From assembly GCA_038208905.1 (NCBI GenBank), contig JBBQYG010000002.1:3626-67625 (forward strand): a DNA stretch of 64,000 nucleotides, in the 5' to 3' direction. Below the pieces are notes generated by a model. The model searched no databases and was not told the origin of the DNA. It saw only the letters and a list, made by a program, of their open reading frames with translations. The DNA is from Candidatus Sumerlaeia bacterium. Lineage in GTDB: Bacteria > Sumerlaeota > Sumerlaeia > SLMS01. Below are positions 55,607 through 64,000 of this stretch, one piece after another. Every line of letters starts with the position of its first letter. The stretch's first letter is position 1. A program made the position numbers and the translations under genes.

Positions 55607-55810
55607 TCACACTGCGATCTCGATGACGCGCTCGGTTCCGGAACGTCGGGGTGGCTCTACTTCAACGGATACGCACCCCTCCACCGCCTCATAGAAATTC
55701 GCGAGCGGTTCCTCGAACGTGTCCCCCTGCGTGGCGCATCCTGGGATGGCAGGCACTTCCGCCCAGAAACCACCTTCCTCCGCCTCGTGGACGACGACCT
55801 TGAGCTTCAT
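55607..55810 (-). CDS. hicB: HicB-family type II antitoxin
   Basis: MKLKVVVHEAEEGGFWAEVPAIPGCATQGDTFEEPLANFYEAVEGCV fits the HicB N-domain consensus (..dGgy.A.vPdlPGC.sqGdT.EEAl.N..EAIe). Confidence 0.7.
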   Translation of the reverse strand: MKLKVVVHEAEEGGFWAEVPAIPGCATQGDTFEEPLANFYEAVEGCVSVEVEPPRRSGTERVIEIAV

Positions 55811-55930
55811 GCCATGAACTCCGCGTGTCGGATTTTCGAGGCAACATCACTGTGCAAAGGGTGCCCGTCCCCGACAAGCAAAACGTCGTCCATCAACGAT
55901 CGCCCCCCGTCGTTCATCCCTGCTTTTCAC
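55807..55930 (-). pseudogene. Candidate decayed hicA toxin gene (two short overlapping frames)
   Basis: Frame 1 (55930-55847): VKSRDERRGAIVDGRRFACRGRAPFAQ*, with VKSRD...DG resembling the HicA N-terminus MKSRDVI..LE.DGW. Frame 2 (55917-55807): MNDGGRSLMDDVLLVGDGHPLHSDVASKIRHAEFMA*, which ends with TGA overlapping the hicB ATG (ATGA coupling). Neither frame gives a full ~60-aa HicA. Confidence 0.3.
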
Positions 55931-57447
55931 TCCCACTCGATCGTCGCCGGCGGCTTGCTGCTGATATCATAGGTCACGCGGTTGATGCCCTTCACTTCGT
56001 TGATGATGCGGGCGGAGAGCCGCGCGAGGACGTCGCGGGGCATGTCGTACCAGTCCGCCGTCATGCCGTCGGTGCTGGTGACGCAGCGGATCGCGCAGAC
56101 GTTGTCATACGAGCGGTTGTCGCCCATGACGCCGACACTGCGCACGGGAAGCAGCACGACGAAGGCCTGCCAAATGTGGTCATACTGGCCGCTGCGCTTC
56201 AGCTCCTCGATGAGGATCGCGTCGGCCTCGCGCAGGATGTTGAGGCGTTCCTTTGTCACCTCGCCCAACACGCGGACGGCGAGGCCGGGGCCGGGGAACG
56301 GATGGCGCCCCAGCGTGTCCTTGGGAATGCCAAGAATGCGGCCGACCTCGCGGACCTCGTCCTTGAAGAGTTCGCGCAGCGGCTCCACCACACGGCCCTG
56401 CTCGATCATGTCCAGGACTTCCTTCACTCGGTTGTGGTGGGTCTTGATCGTGGCGCTGGGGCCCTTGGTGGAGACGCTCTCGATCACGTCGGGATACAGC
56501 GTCCCCTGCGCCAGCATGTCGTTCTTCTTGATGTGCGGCATGAAGGTCTCGATGAAGACGCGGCCGATGATGCGGCGCTTCTCCTCGGGATCGACGACTC
56601 CGGCCAGCGGCGTCAGGAACTTCTTCTCCGCCTTGAGGAGCTTGGGCGTGACTCCCAGGTCGGCGAACATCTCCTGCACCGCCGCCACCTCGTTCTTGCG
56701 CAGCAGTCCGTTGTCCACAAACACGGGAACGCTCTGGTCGCCGATGGCGCGGTTGAGCAGCACGGCGAGCACGGTGGAGTCCACTCCCCCGCTGACGGCG
56801 CAGACCACGCGGCGGTCGCCAATCTCCTCGCGCAGTGTGTCCACCGTGTGCTTTACGAAGTCCTTCATCTTCCAGTCGCGGCGCGCGTTGCAAATGCCGA
56901 AGACGAAATTGCCCAGCCAGTGGTCGCCCTGTTCCGTGTGAAAAACTTCCGGGTGGAACTGGATGCCATAGATCGGCAGCCGCTTGTGGGCCATGACGGC
57001 GAAGGGGCAATTCTCCGAATCGGCGATGCGGCGGAACTCCGGCGGGATCGTCTCCACCTTGTCTCCGTGGGACATCCACACGCGGCCGCGCGGAACGATG
57101 CCTTCCACCAGGGGGCTCTTGGCGCGAATCGCGATATCCGCCAGGCCATACTCCCGCTTGGTGCTTTTGGCGACCTTGCCGCCGAACTCCAGCGCGAGGA
57201 GCTGCATGCCGTAGCACACGCCGAGGATCGGCACGTCGAGCGAGAACACCCAATCGGGGAGCTTCGGCGCGCCCTTCTCGTAAACCGACGACGGTCCGCC
57301 GCTGAGGATCACGCCGCTGGGCCGCAGTGTGCCGATCTTGGCGCGGCTGACCGTGGGCGGGAAGATCTCCGCAAAGACGCCGAGCGAGCGGATCTTTCGC
57401 GCGATGAGCTGCGTGTATTGCGAACCGTAGTCCAGAATGACGATCAT
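55927..57447 (-). CDS. guaA: GMP synthase (glutamine-hydrolysing)
   Basis: MIVILDYGSQYTQLIARKIR, GVCYGMQLL (GATase Cys), VSGGVDSTV (PP-loop), C-terminal ...KPPATIEWE. True start MIVILD at 57447; ORF-track start at 57543 is over-extended. Confidence 0.9.
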   Translation of the reverse strand: MIVILDYGSQYTQLIARKIRSLGVFAEIFPPTVSRAKIGTLRPSGVILSGGPSSVYEKGAPKLPDWVFSLDVPILGVCYGMQLLALEFGGKVAKSTKREYGLADIAIRAKSPLVEGIVPRGRVWMSHGDKVETIPPEFRRIADSENCPFAVMAHKRLPIYGIQFHPEVFHTEQGDHWLGNFVFGICNARRDWKMKDFVKHTVDTLREEIGDRRVVCAVSGGVDSTVLAVLLNRAIGDQSVPVFVDNGLLRKNEVAAVQEMFADLGVTPKLLKAEKKFLTPLAGVVDPEEKRRIIGRVFIETFMPHIKKNDMLAQGTLYPDVIESVSTKGPSATIKTHHNRVKEVLDMIEQGRVVEPLRELFKDEVREVGRILGIPKDTLGRHPFPGPGLAVRVLGEVTKERLNILREADAILIEELKRSGQYDHIWQAFVVLLPVRSVGVMGDNRSYDNVCAIRCVTSTDGMTADWYDMPRDVLARLSARIINEVKGINRVTYDISSKPPATIEWE

Positions 57448-57622
57448 GGTTTTGTCTCTCTCCGCCCGGATGGCCGTTCCGGCGTCGGGAGAGACGTATG
57501 AGCTACAGCGGGGCGCCGTGCGCCACGAAAATCTGGCCGCCACAAGGTAGCGTGGGCGTCCCGCCCGCGCCGGAGCGCGGCGTGCCCCGGCGCGCGCGAG
57601 ACGCCCACCCTACCGTGCTGTA

Positions 57623-58093
57623 CTACGGCTTCAGCGACTTAAGCGCGCGAATCTCCACGGTGCACGACTCCGCGTTCGGCGTCTTGGATTCCGCGCGGAA
57701 CGTCATCGACTGGCGCGCATCCAGATAGTAGGCGCGCCACGCGGTTTCGTCGCCGGTGGAAAGGCCCTGGAAGTCCTTGAACACCACGCGCGCCTCGATG
57801 GGGACGATCCTCTTCTTGCGGTTGCGGATGTTGGCCGAGACGAGCAGGCGGCCATCCTCCAGGCGGACGATCTGCTGGATCTCCGAGCCGATCTTTCCAC
57901 TCAGGCTGCTGTCCACGACGTTGACGGCGCCGCGGCTCTTCGCAAAGGCGTCGGGGTCGTTCTTGGGAACCCAGGGGCCGGCGGTGCCACATCCCGAAAG
58001 CGGAATGGCCAAGGCGACGGCGGCGGCGAAGAGCAGCGAAAACAAAGGGCGACTGGTCATGGGAGGAAGGCTCCTAAAGGGGGATGAAATCAC
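57623..58093 (-). CDS. Lipoprotein, YcfL/DUF1425-like
   Basis: Signal + lipobox AIPLSGCG; ~120-aa mature beta-rich domain. Last gene of a three-lipoprotein operon with an LpoB-like gene. Confidence 0.45.
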   Translation of the reverse strand: MISSPFRSLPPMTSRPLFSLLFAAAVALAIPLSGCGTAGPWVPKNDPDAFAKSRGAVNVVDSSLSGKIGSEIQQIVRLEDGRLLVSANIRNRKKRIVPIEARVVFKDFQGLSTGDETAWRAYYLDARQSMTFRAESKTPNAESCTVEIRALKSLKP

Positions 58094-59368
58094 TTACTGC
58101 GGAGGGGCGATCAGCACGGCGCCCTGACCGGGAAAAACGAGCACAACAGAAAGACCATCGCCGGGGCGCGGAAGATTGACCAGCCCCGCCGCGGTGCTGC
58201 CATCGGGCAGGATCACGGCCACGTTCTGGGGTCCGTAGCACGCCGTGGCCGTATAGACAGACAGCGAATCGGGGATCGATTGCCATTGGCGCACGTCGGC
58301 CTTGGTGGCGGTGAGCTGGGAAAAGAGCAGGAAGAGCAGCCCCGCGAGGATGATGGCCCCGCCCGCCGCGGCGGTATCGCTGTTTCCCGAGCCCGCCAGC
58401 ACCGCCGCGCCCGTATAGACGGCTACGGCGCCAACCCCGGCGGTGGCGTCCTTGAAGATCACCTTCTTCTTCTGTACGCTGTCAAAGGGACGCCCGCCGC
58501 GCGTGGTCGCCTGAAAGAAAACCGAATCCATCATCGGCATCCACACCGATTGCTGACCACACAGGCTTGCGTAGGGCGGAGGCGCCTCGCCCGAGCCGCG
58601 GTTGTAGCCGAGCCCCTCTCCGTACTTCCCGCGCCGCGCCTTGATGGGAGCGCCGCCAACCCCCGCGATCACGAGGATGTTGTTCTCCACAGCCGGAAGC
58701 GCGGGAATCCACAGCGAGCCCGGCTGCAGCGCGATCCCCGTGGCGGCGGCATACTTTGCAGGGAATGCGGCGTTGTTGGCCGCTGCGCGGGCAAACGCCT
58801 CCTGCGCGGCCAGGGGATTGCCCAGGCGCGTCTCGCATACGGCGATCAGGTAGTCGAAGATCGCCCAGTCGGCCTGGTCCTGCTGCTCCTCCGCAAAGGC
58901 GTCCTGAAGGGCGCCGCTGCGAAAGCTGGCGCGCGCGTTCTGCCAGTCGCCGTCCTGCATATACAGGATCCCGCGATACAGGAAGGCCATGCACCGCTCG
59001 TGGGACTCGCCCTTGAACAGCTTGATGTCCTCGTTGAAAAAGAGCGTCCGCGCGCGGCCCGCCCCGGGAGTGCTGCCAAAGACGGCCTCGATGTTGAGGA
59101 TCGATTCGTCCAGCGCCCGCTTGGCCAGATCGCGCTCCCCCATGCGCATCGCGGCCACGGCGAGTTCGTTCAGGTGAAGCACCCAGTTGCGCTCGCCGTC
59201 GCGCTCCATCAGCATGACGTAGCTCGCGAGTTGCGGCGGCACCGCGACCCCCACCATCGCGGGGGGAAGCCCCGGGCGACCGCGAGCCGCGCAACCCGGC
59301 AACCCCACGGCGACCAGCGCCAGCAGGACAAAGCAGAGCCGACCCAGGATAGAATAGAGAGCGATCAT
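58094..59368 (-). CDS. Lipoprotein, COG3014-like (TPR-like N-domain, C-terminal TM)
   Basis: Lipobox VGLPGCA; helical repeat N-domain; C-terminal hydrophobic segment IILAGLLFLLFSQL. Immediately follows the LpoB-like gene with a 27-nt gap. Confidence 0.4.
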   Translation of the reverse strand: MIALYSILGRLCFVLLALVAVGLPGCAARGRPGLPPAMVGVAVPPQLASYVMLMERDGERNWVLHLNELAVAAMRMGERDLAKRALDESILNIEAVFGSTPGAGRARTLFFNEDIKLFKGESHERCMAFLYRGILYMQDGDWQNARASFRSGALQDAFAEEQQDQADWAIFDYLIAVCETRLGNPLAAQEAFARAAANNAAFPAKYAAATGIALQPGSLWIPALPAVENNILVIAGVGGAPIKARRGKYGEGLGYNRGSGEAPPPYASLCGQQSVWMPMMDSVFFQATTRGGRPFDSVQKKKVIFKDATAGVGAVAVYTGAAVLAGSGNSDTAAAGGAIILAGLLFLLFSQLTATKADVRQWQSIPDSLSVYTATACYGPQNVAVILPDGSTAAGLVNLPRPGDGLSVVLVFPGQGAVLIAPPQ

Positions 59369-59395
59369 GGAGGACCCGAGAATCCCGGGCGGATC

Positions 59396-60007
59396 CTAGC
59401 GGTAGATCACGTCGTCGCGGCCTTCGCGCTTCGTCTCGAAGCTGTCCTCCCAGACCTCGATCCCCGTCTCCGCATCCACCAGCTTGAACGTGTACAGGAT
59501 GTAGTCCGACTGCCCCTTGGTGCTGACCGCGGCAAGGCCGTCGGCGCGGCCCTTCAGGAAATAGTCTCCGCCAGCCTGGGCTTGGGAGCGCAGATTGGGA
59601 TCATAGTCCGCCTGGCCCGAACGCTTCAACTCGCGCTCCCTGGCGATGGCGTCCCACATGTCGCGCGCCACGAACATGATGCGCCCGTCGGCGTTCCGCG
59701 CCAGCTCCACCTTCAGGCGCGAGCTGAACACCTCGCCGCTAAAGGCGTGGCGCGTGTTGTTGGCAAACTCATAGAGCACGATCGTCGGCGGGGTGGTCCA
59801 CTGGCTGGAGGCGCGGCTGGAAAGCAGCGAGCGCGTCAACTGATCCGAAAGCTGGATGGCGTCCTGGCTCTCCGGCCCCAGATTGCGCACGGTGCCCGGG
59901 CGGCCCGGATCCACATCGCGGATCTCGAACTTCTTGCCGCACCCGATAGAGGCAGTCAGAATGGCGGCGGAAATGCCGGCGAAACAAAGCCTTGAGAGCG
60001 AAACCAT
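59396..60007 (-). CDS. LpoB-like (COG3417) penicillin-binding-protein-activator family lipoprotein
   Basis: Probable start MVSLSRLCFAGISAAILTASIGCGKK (lipobox) with AAGGA RBS. C-terminal GGDYFLKGRADGLAAVSTKGQSDYILYTFKLVDAETGIEVWEDS pattern typical of LpoB/COG3417. Confidence 0.5.
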   Translation of the reverse strand: MVSLSRLCFAGISAAILTASIGCGKKFEIRDVDPGRPGTVRNLGPESQDAIQLSDQLTRSLLSSRASSQWTTPPTIVLYEFANNTRHAFSGEVFSSRLKVELARNADGRIMFVARDMWDAIARERELKRSGQADYDPNLRSQAQAGGDYFLKGRADGLAAVSTKGQSDYILYTFKLVDAETGIEVWEDSFETKREGRDDVIYR

Positions 60008-60118
60008 GCGGCGGCGTCCTTGCGGGGGGAAGTGACCGAAGCTGCTAGCCCGGGAGCGCCCTCGGCGCAATCCCGTTCGGGGAAGAGACCGGGGATTCGC
60101 CGCGAAAGTTTGACCGTA

Positions 60119-60139
60119 GCACGGGCTTACAGCCCGTGC
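60119..60139 (-). terminator. Hairpin GCACGGGC-TTACA-GCCCGTGC downstream of lpxD
   Basis: Perfect 8-bp GC-rich stem 40 nt after the lpxD stop; weak U-tract. Confidence 0.35.
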
Positions 60140-60180
60140 CCGACCAGCCCAACGGGTTTTGGGGGGCGCCCGTGGCGCCT

Positions 60181-61248
60181 TTAATCCACATCGTCACCGG
60201 GGGCGGCGAGGCGCCTGGTCCACTCCCGGTCGAAGTTCTTGTAGAAGTTGATGAACCGCGTCCACGTGCGGATGGGGATCGCTGGAAAGCCGATCACCCG
60301 GGCGCCGGGGGCGATATCGCCCTGCACGGCGGAGTGCCCGGCCACCTGGGCCCGGTCGCCGATCGTCACGTGGTCCTTGATACCGGTCTGACCCCCGATC
60401 ATCACGCCGCGTCCAACCTTGGCCGAGCCGGCGACGCCCACCTGGGCGACGATCACGCAGTCGCTCCCGATGATGACGTTGTGGCCAATATGCACGAGGT
60501 TGTCGATCTTGGTGCGCGCGCCGATGTGGGTATCGGTCAGAAAGGCGCGGTCGATCGTCGTGTTGGCGCCGATCTCCGCGTCGTCGTCCACGCGGACGCC
60601 GCCGACCTGGGGGACCTTCTTCACCCCCTGGCGCGTGGGCTCGTAGCGAAACCCGTCGGCTCCCAACACCGCTCCCGGATGAATACGGACGCGCTGGCCG
60701 AGGACCGTTTTCTCCAGCAGCGTAACGCGCGGCGCCAGCCAGCACGCTTCACCCACGATGACCCCGGGTCCAACGAAGCACTGGGCCTCGATCCGGGCCC
60801 CGTCGCCGATCGCGGCGCCAGCCTCCACCACGACCCCGGGCCCGATATGGACATTGGCGCCGATCCGCGCGGTGGGGTCCACCACGGCGCTGGGATGCAC
60901 AAACGCCGAGCGGACGGGCGTGGGAAAAAGCGCCTCCAGCAGGCGGATCACCGCGGGCATCACCTCCGGTACGCGGAGCACCAGCGGATGCGACAGCTCC
61001 AGCCCGGCGGGCGCCAGCAGGCACGCGGCGCGCGACGAGACGGCGAGCTCGACAAACTTGGCCTTCAGAACGAAGGAGAGGTCGTTCTCTCCCGCGGATT
61101 CCAGCGGCGCGATGCCCGCCAGCGTTCTGCCGCCCTGGCCTTCGGGCGCGGGAATCTGGAGGAGATCGCAAAGCTCCTGAACGGTGAAGGGGGCACGATG
61201 GTTCAAGGCTGGAGGGGGTTCCTGGGGAGGGGTGACCTGCGGGGCCAA
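60181..61248 (-). CDS. lpxD: UDP-3-O-(3-hydroxyacyl)glucosamine N-acyltransferase
   Basis: N-terminal domain [10 protein letters not shown]...[16 protein letters not shown] then left-handed beta-helix hexapeptide repeats ([26 protein letters not shown]...), ~355 aa. Confidence 0.8.
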   Translation of the reverse strand: MAPQVTPPQEPPPALNHRAPFTVQELCDLLQIPAPEGQGGRTLAGIAPLESAGENDLSFVLKAKFVELAVSSRAACLLAPAGLELSHPLVLRVPEVMPAVIRLLEALFPTPVRSAFVHPSAVVDPTARIGANVHIGPGVVVEAGAAIGDGARIEAQCFVGPGVIVGEACWLAPRVTLLEKTVLGQRVRIHPGAVLGADGFRYEPTRQGVKKVPQVGGVRVDDDAEIGANTTIDRAFLTDTHIGARTKIDNLVHIGHNVIIGSDCVIVAQVGVAGSAKVGRGVMIGGQTGIKDHVTIGDRAQVAGHSAVQGDIAPGARVIGFPAIPIRTWTRFINFYKNFDREWTRRLAAPGDDVD

Positions 61249-61299
61249 GATGGCGGCGCGCGCCCCGGGAGCGTCAACTGGGGAAGGCGACGCGCGTCG

Positions 61300-62076
61300 C
61301 TACTGATCCAGCTTCCAATGCGGATCGTTGTAGCGGTCGTCCACGTCGCTGTGGCGACCCGGGTGGCCCATGCCGATCACGCGGGCCGTGCGGCGGCGGC
61401 GCTTGCGTCCGGGCGGGCGAAAGTCCTCGAAGAAATCCAGAATTCCCGGCACCTTGATCAGAAGCCACCCCATCCCGACGCCGCCGATGCCATGGGCAAA
61501 GTAGGAGGGATTCACGGCGATCTCGATCAGGATGATGAATCCGACGATCACGCCGAGCACCCGGACGGGAATCTCGAAAAAGATCATGTGGAACCGCACG
61601 CTGGGGTTCATCACGATGATCGCTATCAGCATTGCATAGAGAGGCCCGGAGAATCCAAGCAGAGGAATCGACCCCAGCGCCGGATTCCGCACCTGGGCCC
61701 CGATCCCGAAGAACACCGCGTGAAGCAACCCAACCCCCAGCGCCGAAAGAATCACAAACGCCAGGAACCGCCGACCACCCAATTGCTCCTCGATGATTCG
61801 CCCAAGGAAGAAGAGCCCCAGCATCTGCAACAGGAACGCCAGCAGGCTCAATTGCACGAACGCAAACGTCAGCAACTGCCATATCTGGTATTGGAAAAAC
61901 GCGCCCGCCGGCGTCAGGATGAAATACCCGAGCACGGTGGCGCCGACCTGACCGCCAACCGACATCAGCAACACGCTGACCACGAACGCCACCGTCAGCG
62001 TATAGAACAGCTTCCGCGACATCGGCGGCATGTATTCGCGGAAGAAACTGCCGGTCTCGCGTAGGGGTGCTTTCAC
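61300..62076 (-). CDS. Rhomboid-family intramembrane serine protease
   Basis: Six TM helices; catalytic GFSGPLYAM (GxSG) and downstream AHGIGGVGMG (His in TM6). Start may be internal (MPPMSRK / MSRK). Confidence 0.7.
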   Translation of the reverse strand: MKAPLRETGSFFREYMPPMSRKLFYTLTVAFVVSVLLMSVGGQVGATVLGYFILTPAGAFFQYQIWQLLTFAFVQLSLLAFLLQMLGLFFLGRIIEEQLGGRRFLAFVILSALGVGLLHAVFFGIGAQVRNPALGSIPLLGFSGPLYAMLIAIIVMNPSVRFHMIFFEIPVRVLGVIVGFIILIEIAVNPSYFAHGIGGVGMGWLLIKVPGILDFFEDFRPPGRKRRRRTARVIGMGHPGRHSDVDDRYNDPHWKLDQ

Positions 62077-62160
62077 GGTGCGCGCTCTCGCTCTGCTTCA
62101 GGTAAGTCAAGTGTGCCCCGCGCCATCCGGCACGTCAAGGGCGGGTGGCGCGGGGTCGCT

Positions 62161-63744
62161 CTACTGCACGCGCTTGAAGGACGAGTAATCGACGGTGTCG
62201 GGAATCATCGGCTGCAAGACCACATACCCGCGCGCCGGAAGCGTCAGCGTCAGCGTCCCCGCCATCGTCAGGTATTCCTCTCCGGTAAAGGCGTCGCGGA
62301 GTTTCGAGTAGCTCATGATCTTGGAATCGCGGAGGACCAGCAACTCCTTCACCTCCGTTGGCGATGGATTCACCGCCACCAGAACCGTGTCGGCGATGCG
62401 GTCCGTCCGGCGGAGGAACGCCATCATCTGGTCGGTGTCGAGCCGACGGAAATCGCCGATGCGCAGTCCGCGGCTATCGCGGTGGAGCTTGATCAGCGAG
62501 CGCATCCACTTAAGTTGTTCGTTGCTGTCGTTCACAAGATCCCAGCGCATCGGCCCGCGCTGCTCGGGATCGTCGCCGCCCTCCATACCGAGCTCGACGC
62601 CATAGTAGATGCAAGGCGATCCGGGAATCGTGAACTGAAGCACCTGGGCCATGCGCTGCTGCCACGGCTCGGGGAGCACCGTGCGCAGGCGCGGGGTGTC
62701 GTGATTGTCCAGGATGATCCAGGACTTGAGCGTTGGCCCGATCCCATAGTCATCGACCAATGTCTCGATCGTGCGCGAGGCGCGCGCGGCGGGGATGTTG
62801 CCGCGCACCATCTGGAGGATAATCTCCCGGCCCGTCATGTTCATCACGCCGTCCAGCGCGGGGCTCCACTCCTCGGGGTAGTTCCATATCTCGCCGATCA
62901 CCAGCGAGTCGGCCCGCGCGCTGTGGGCCGCGCGCGTCAGTTCGTCCAGATAGGTGAACCCAATATCGTACGCCACGTCGAGCCGCCAGCCGGAAACTCC
63001 CTCGCGCAGGTAGCCCTGAATCACCGAGTCCTTGTCGTTCCAGAGGCGGTCGCGCACGGCCTTGTTCTCGAGGTTCAACTCCGGCAGGTTGTCCACATCA
63101 ACCCACGCGCGGTAGCCCTTCTTGTACTGGTCGCCGATGTAGAACCAGTCGCGCCACTTGCTGTTGGGATCGGCGGCGGCGTCCTTGAAGTCGGGCGACG
63201 TGCGCCCCATGTGATTGACGACGCCGTCGAGCACGAGCCTCATGCCGCGCCCTTCCAGATCCTTCGCCAGCGCGGTCACATCCTCGCGCGTGCCGTATTC
63301 CTTCGAGACGCCGAAGTAGTTCTGGGCGTCGTACTTGTGGTTTGTATATGCCTCGTGAATCGGGTTCAGATAGAGCACCGATATTCCGAGTTCCTGAACG
63401 TAGTCGATGCGCGCGCGGAGGCTCTGCAAGTCGCCGCCCCAGAAGTCGATCTCGTGGCTCCACACGTTGGCGGACTCCACATAGGTGCCACGCTTGGGGA
63501 CCTCTTCCCATTTTCTCAGCGTCTTGGGCGCGGGATACAGATCGCGCTTCGCGTCGAGATTCGCCGATGGGGCAAAACGGTCCACGATCACCTGATAGAC
63601 AAGGGCCCCGTTGCGCCAGTCGGCGTCGCGCGTTGCGAACTCCTCGCGCCGCTCAAGGTCCACGGCGTTGCCATAGTCCACCTCCGCGGCAAACGACGGC
63701 ATCGTGAATGCCGCGACGGCGGCGATGGCAAGGAAGGCGCGCAT
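62161..63744 (-). CDS. Secreted GH13 alpha-amylase-family glycosidase
   Basis: Signal peptide MRAFLAIAAVAAFTMPSFAAE. GH13 regions LVLDGVVNHMG, GWRLDVAYD, VIGEIW, ILDNHDTPR (catalytic D/E/D context). Confidence 0.8.
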   Translation of the reverse strand: MRAFLAIAAVAAFTMPSFAAEVDYGNAVDLERREEFATRDADWRNGALVYQVIVDRFAPSANLDAKRDLYPAPKTLRKWEEVPKRGTYVESANVWSHEIDFWGGDLQSLRARIDYVQELGISVLYLNPIHEAYTNHKYDAQNYFGVSKEYGTREDVTALAKDLEGRGMRLVLDGVVNHMGRTSPDFKDAAADPNSKWRDWFYIGDQYKKGYRAWVDVDNLPELNLENKAVRDRLWNDKDSVIQGYLREGVSGWRLDVAYDIGFTYLDELTRAAHSARADSLVIGEIWNYPEEWSPALDGVMNMTGREIILQMVRGNIPAARASRTIETLVDDYGIGPTLKSWIILDNHDTPRLRTVLPEPWQQRMAQVLQFTIPGSPCIYYGVELGMEGGDDPEQRGPMRWDLVNDSNEQLKWMRSLIKLHRDSRGLRIGDFRRLDTDQMMAFLRRTDRIADTVLVAVNPSPTEVKELLVLRDSKIMSYSKLRDAFTGEEYLTMAGTLTLTLPARGYVVLQPMIPDTVDYSSFKRVQ

Positions 63745-63891
63745 GGTGCGTGGTCCTGTGGGTGGAATCTACTATTGCCGGACTTGTACGGGTCCCACCG
63801 CGGATCGCCAAGCAAAAAGCGTGGCGCCCCACGGTATCATGGGCGTCCCGCCCATGAACTCCACGACCAGTTCCCATGAAACACCGAGGCA

Positions 63892-64000
63892 TCAATTCAG
63901 GCTTAGATACACCGACCCCTTCGAGTCGTTCCCGCCGTCGCCCTTGAGCTGGGTCTGGATGGTATAGGTGCTGTTGGGCTGTCGATTCCCCAGGTCCAGG
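63892..64000 (-). CDS. 3' end of an unidentified gene running off the window (C-terminus ...LDLGNRQPNSTYTIQTQLKGDGGNDSKGSVYLSLN)
   Basis: Open frame on minus strand from window edge to TGA (plus 63892-63894). Protein-like composition; too short to assign. Confidence 0.3.
   Translation of the reverse strand, partial: LDLGNRQPNSTYTIQTQLKGDGGNDSKGSVYLSLN

Noticed and set aside
57448-57543. N-terminal 32-aa extension of the guaA ORF
   Set aside because: GMP synthases begin at the MIVILDYGSQY glutamine amidotransferase motif; the extension has no support.
60136-62064. 642-aa plus-strand ORF
   Set aside because: Antisense to lpxD and the rhomboid gene; Arg/His/Asp/Gly-rich artefact.

Overview
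This window is high-GC bacterial chromosome. A pilin-like protein at 24434-25102 has the N-terminal motif RAFTLIELLIVVAIIAILAAIAVPNF, which hints at a PVC-type (Verrucomicrobia/Planctomycetes-like) organism.

Gene content, left to right:
- 1-6133: the 3' two-thirds of a giant cyclic beta-1,2-glucan synthase (NdvB/ChvB-like) gene, cut by the window edge.
- 6472-8066: a general-stress cluster (YciF/DUF892 ferritin-like, ElaB/DUF883, a glycine-zipper protein).
- 8664-12232: acetate kinase plus phosphoketolase (ack-xfp).
- 12383-22246: a tightly overlapping ten-plus-gene block consisting of a DUF2254 membrane protein, a eukaryotic-type PMM-like HAD phosphatase and a complete N-type (Na+) F-ATPase operon, atpD-C-Q-R-B-[VIT1]-E-F-A-G. 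A VIT1/CCC1-family metal transporter gene is embedded between the a and c subunit genes; this is the most unusual feature in the window.
- 22247-24440: an IS66-TnpA::SDR chimeric remnant, a second YciF paralog, a perfect 14-bp hairpin and a tRNA-Ser(GGA) with lower-GC flanks. This looks like an island junction.
- 24434-33950: a pilin-like gene, a secreted protein, and an array of giant carboxypeptidase-regulatory-like repeat proteins (one intact 1374-aa copy, one truncated/frameshifted copy, one set of domain remnants).
- 34095-39957: rpsT, then a PIG-L deacetylase, an FHA/sigma-54 activator and a translationally coupled GT-C-like membrane glycosyltransferase.
- 39987-49658: a DUF2961 (GH172)-LamG lipoprotein, a zinc-ribbon/TM/TPR protein, an aminotransferase, a pullulanase, pyruvate kinase and a cupin.
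- 49812-55277: a disrupted nucleotidyltransferase-type toxin gene, methionine-salvage mtnD-mtnC, a Ser/Thr kinase with a very long TPR tail, and an Rdx/SelW-like protein.
- 55607-64000: a HicB antitoxin whose hicA partner appears decayed, guaA, an LpoB / COG3014-like / YcfL-like lipoprotein triad, lpxD, a rhomboid protease, a secreted GH13 amylase and a 3' fragment of one more gene at the window edge.

No CRISPR array or rRNA was seen. Many long ORFs in the six-frame track are antisense/high-GC artefacts and were rejected.
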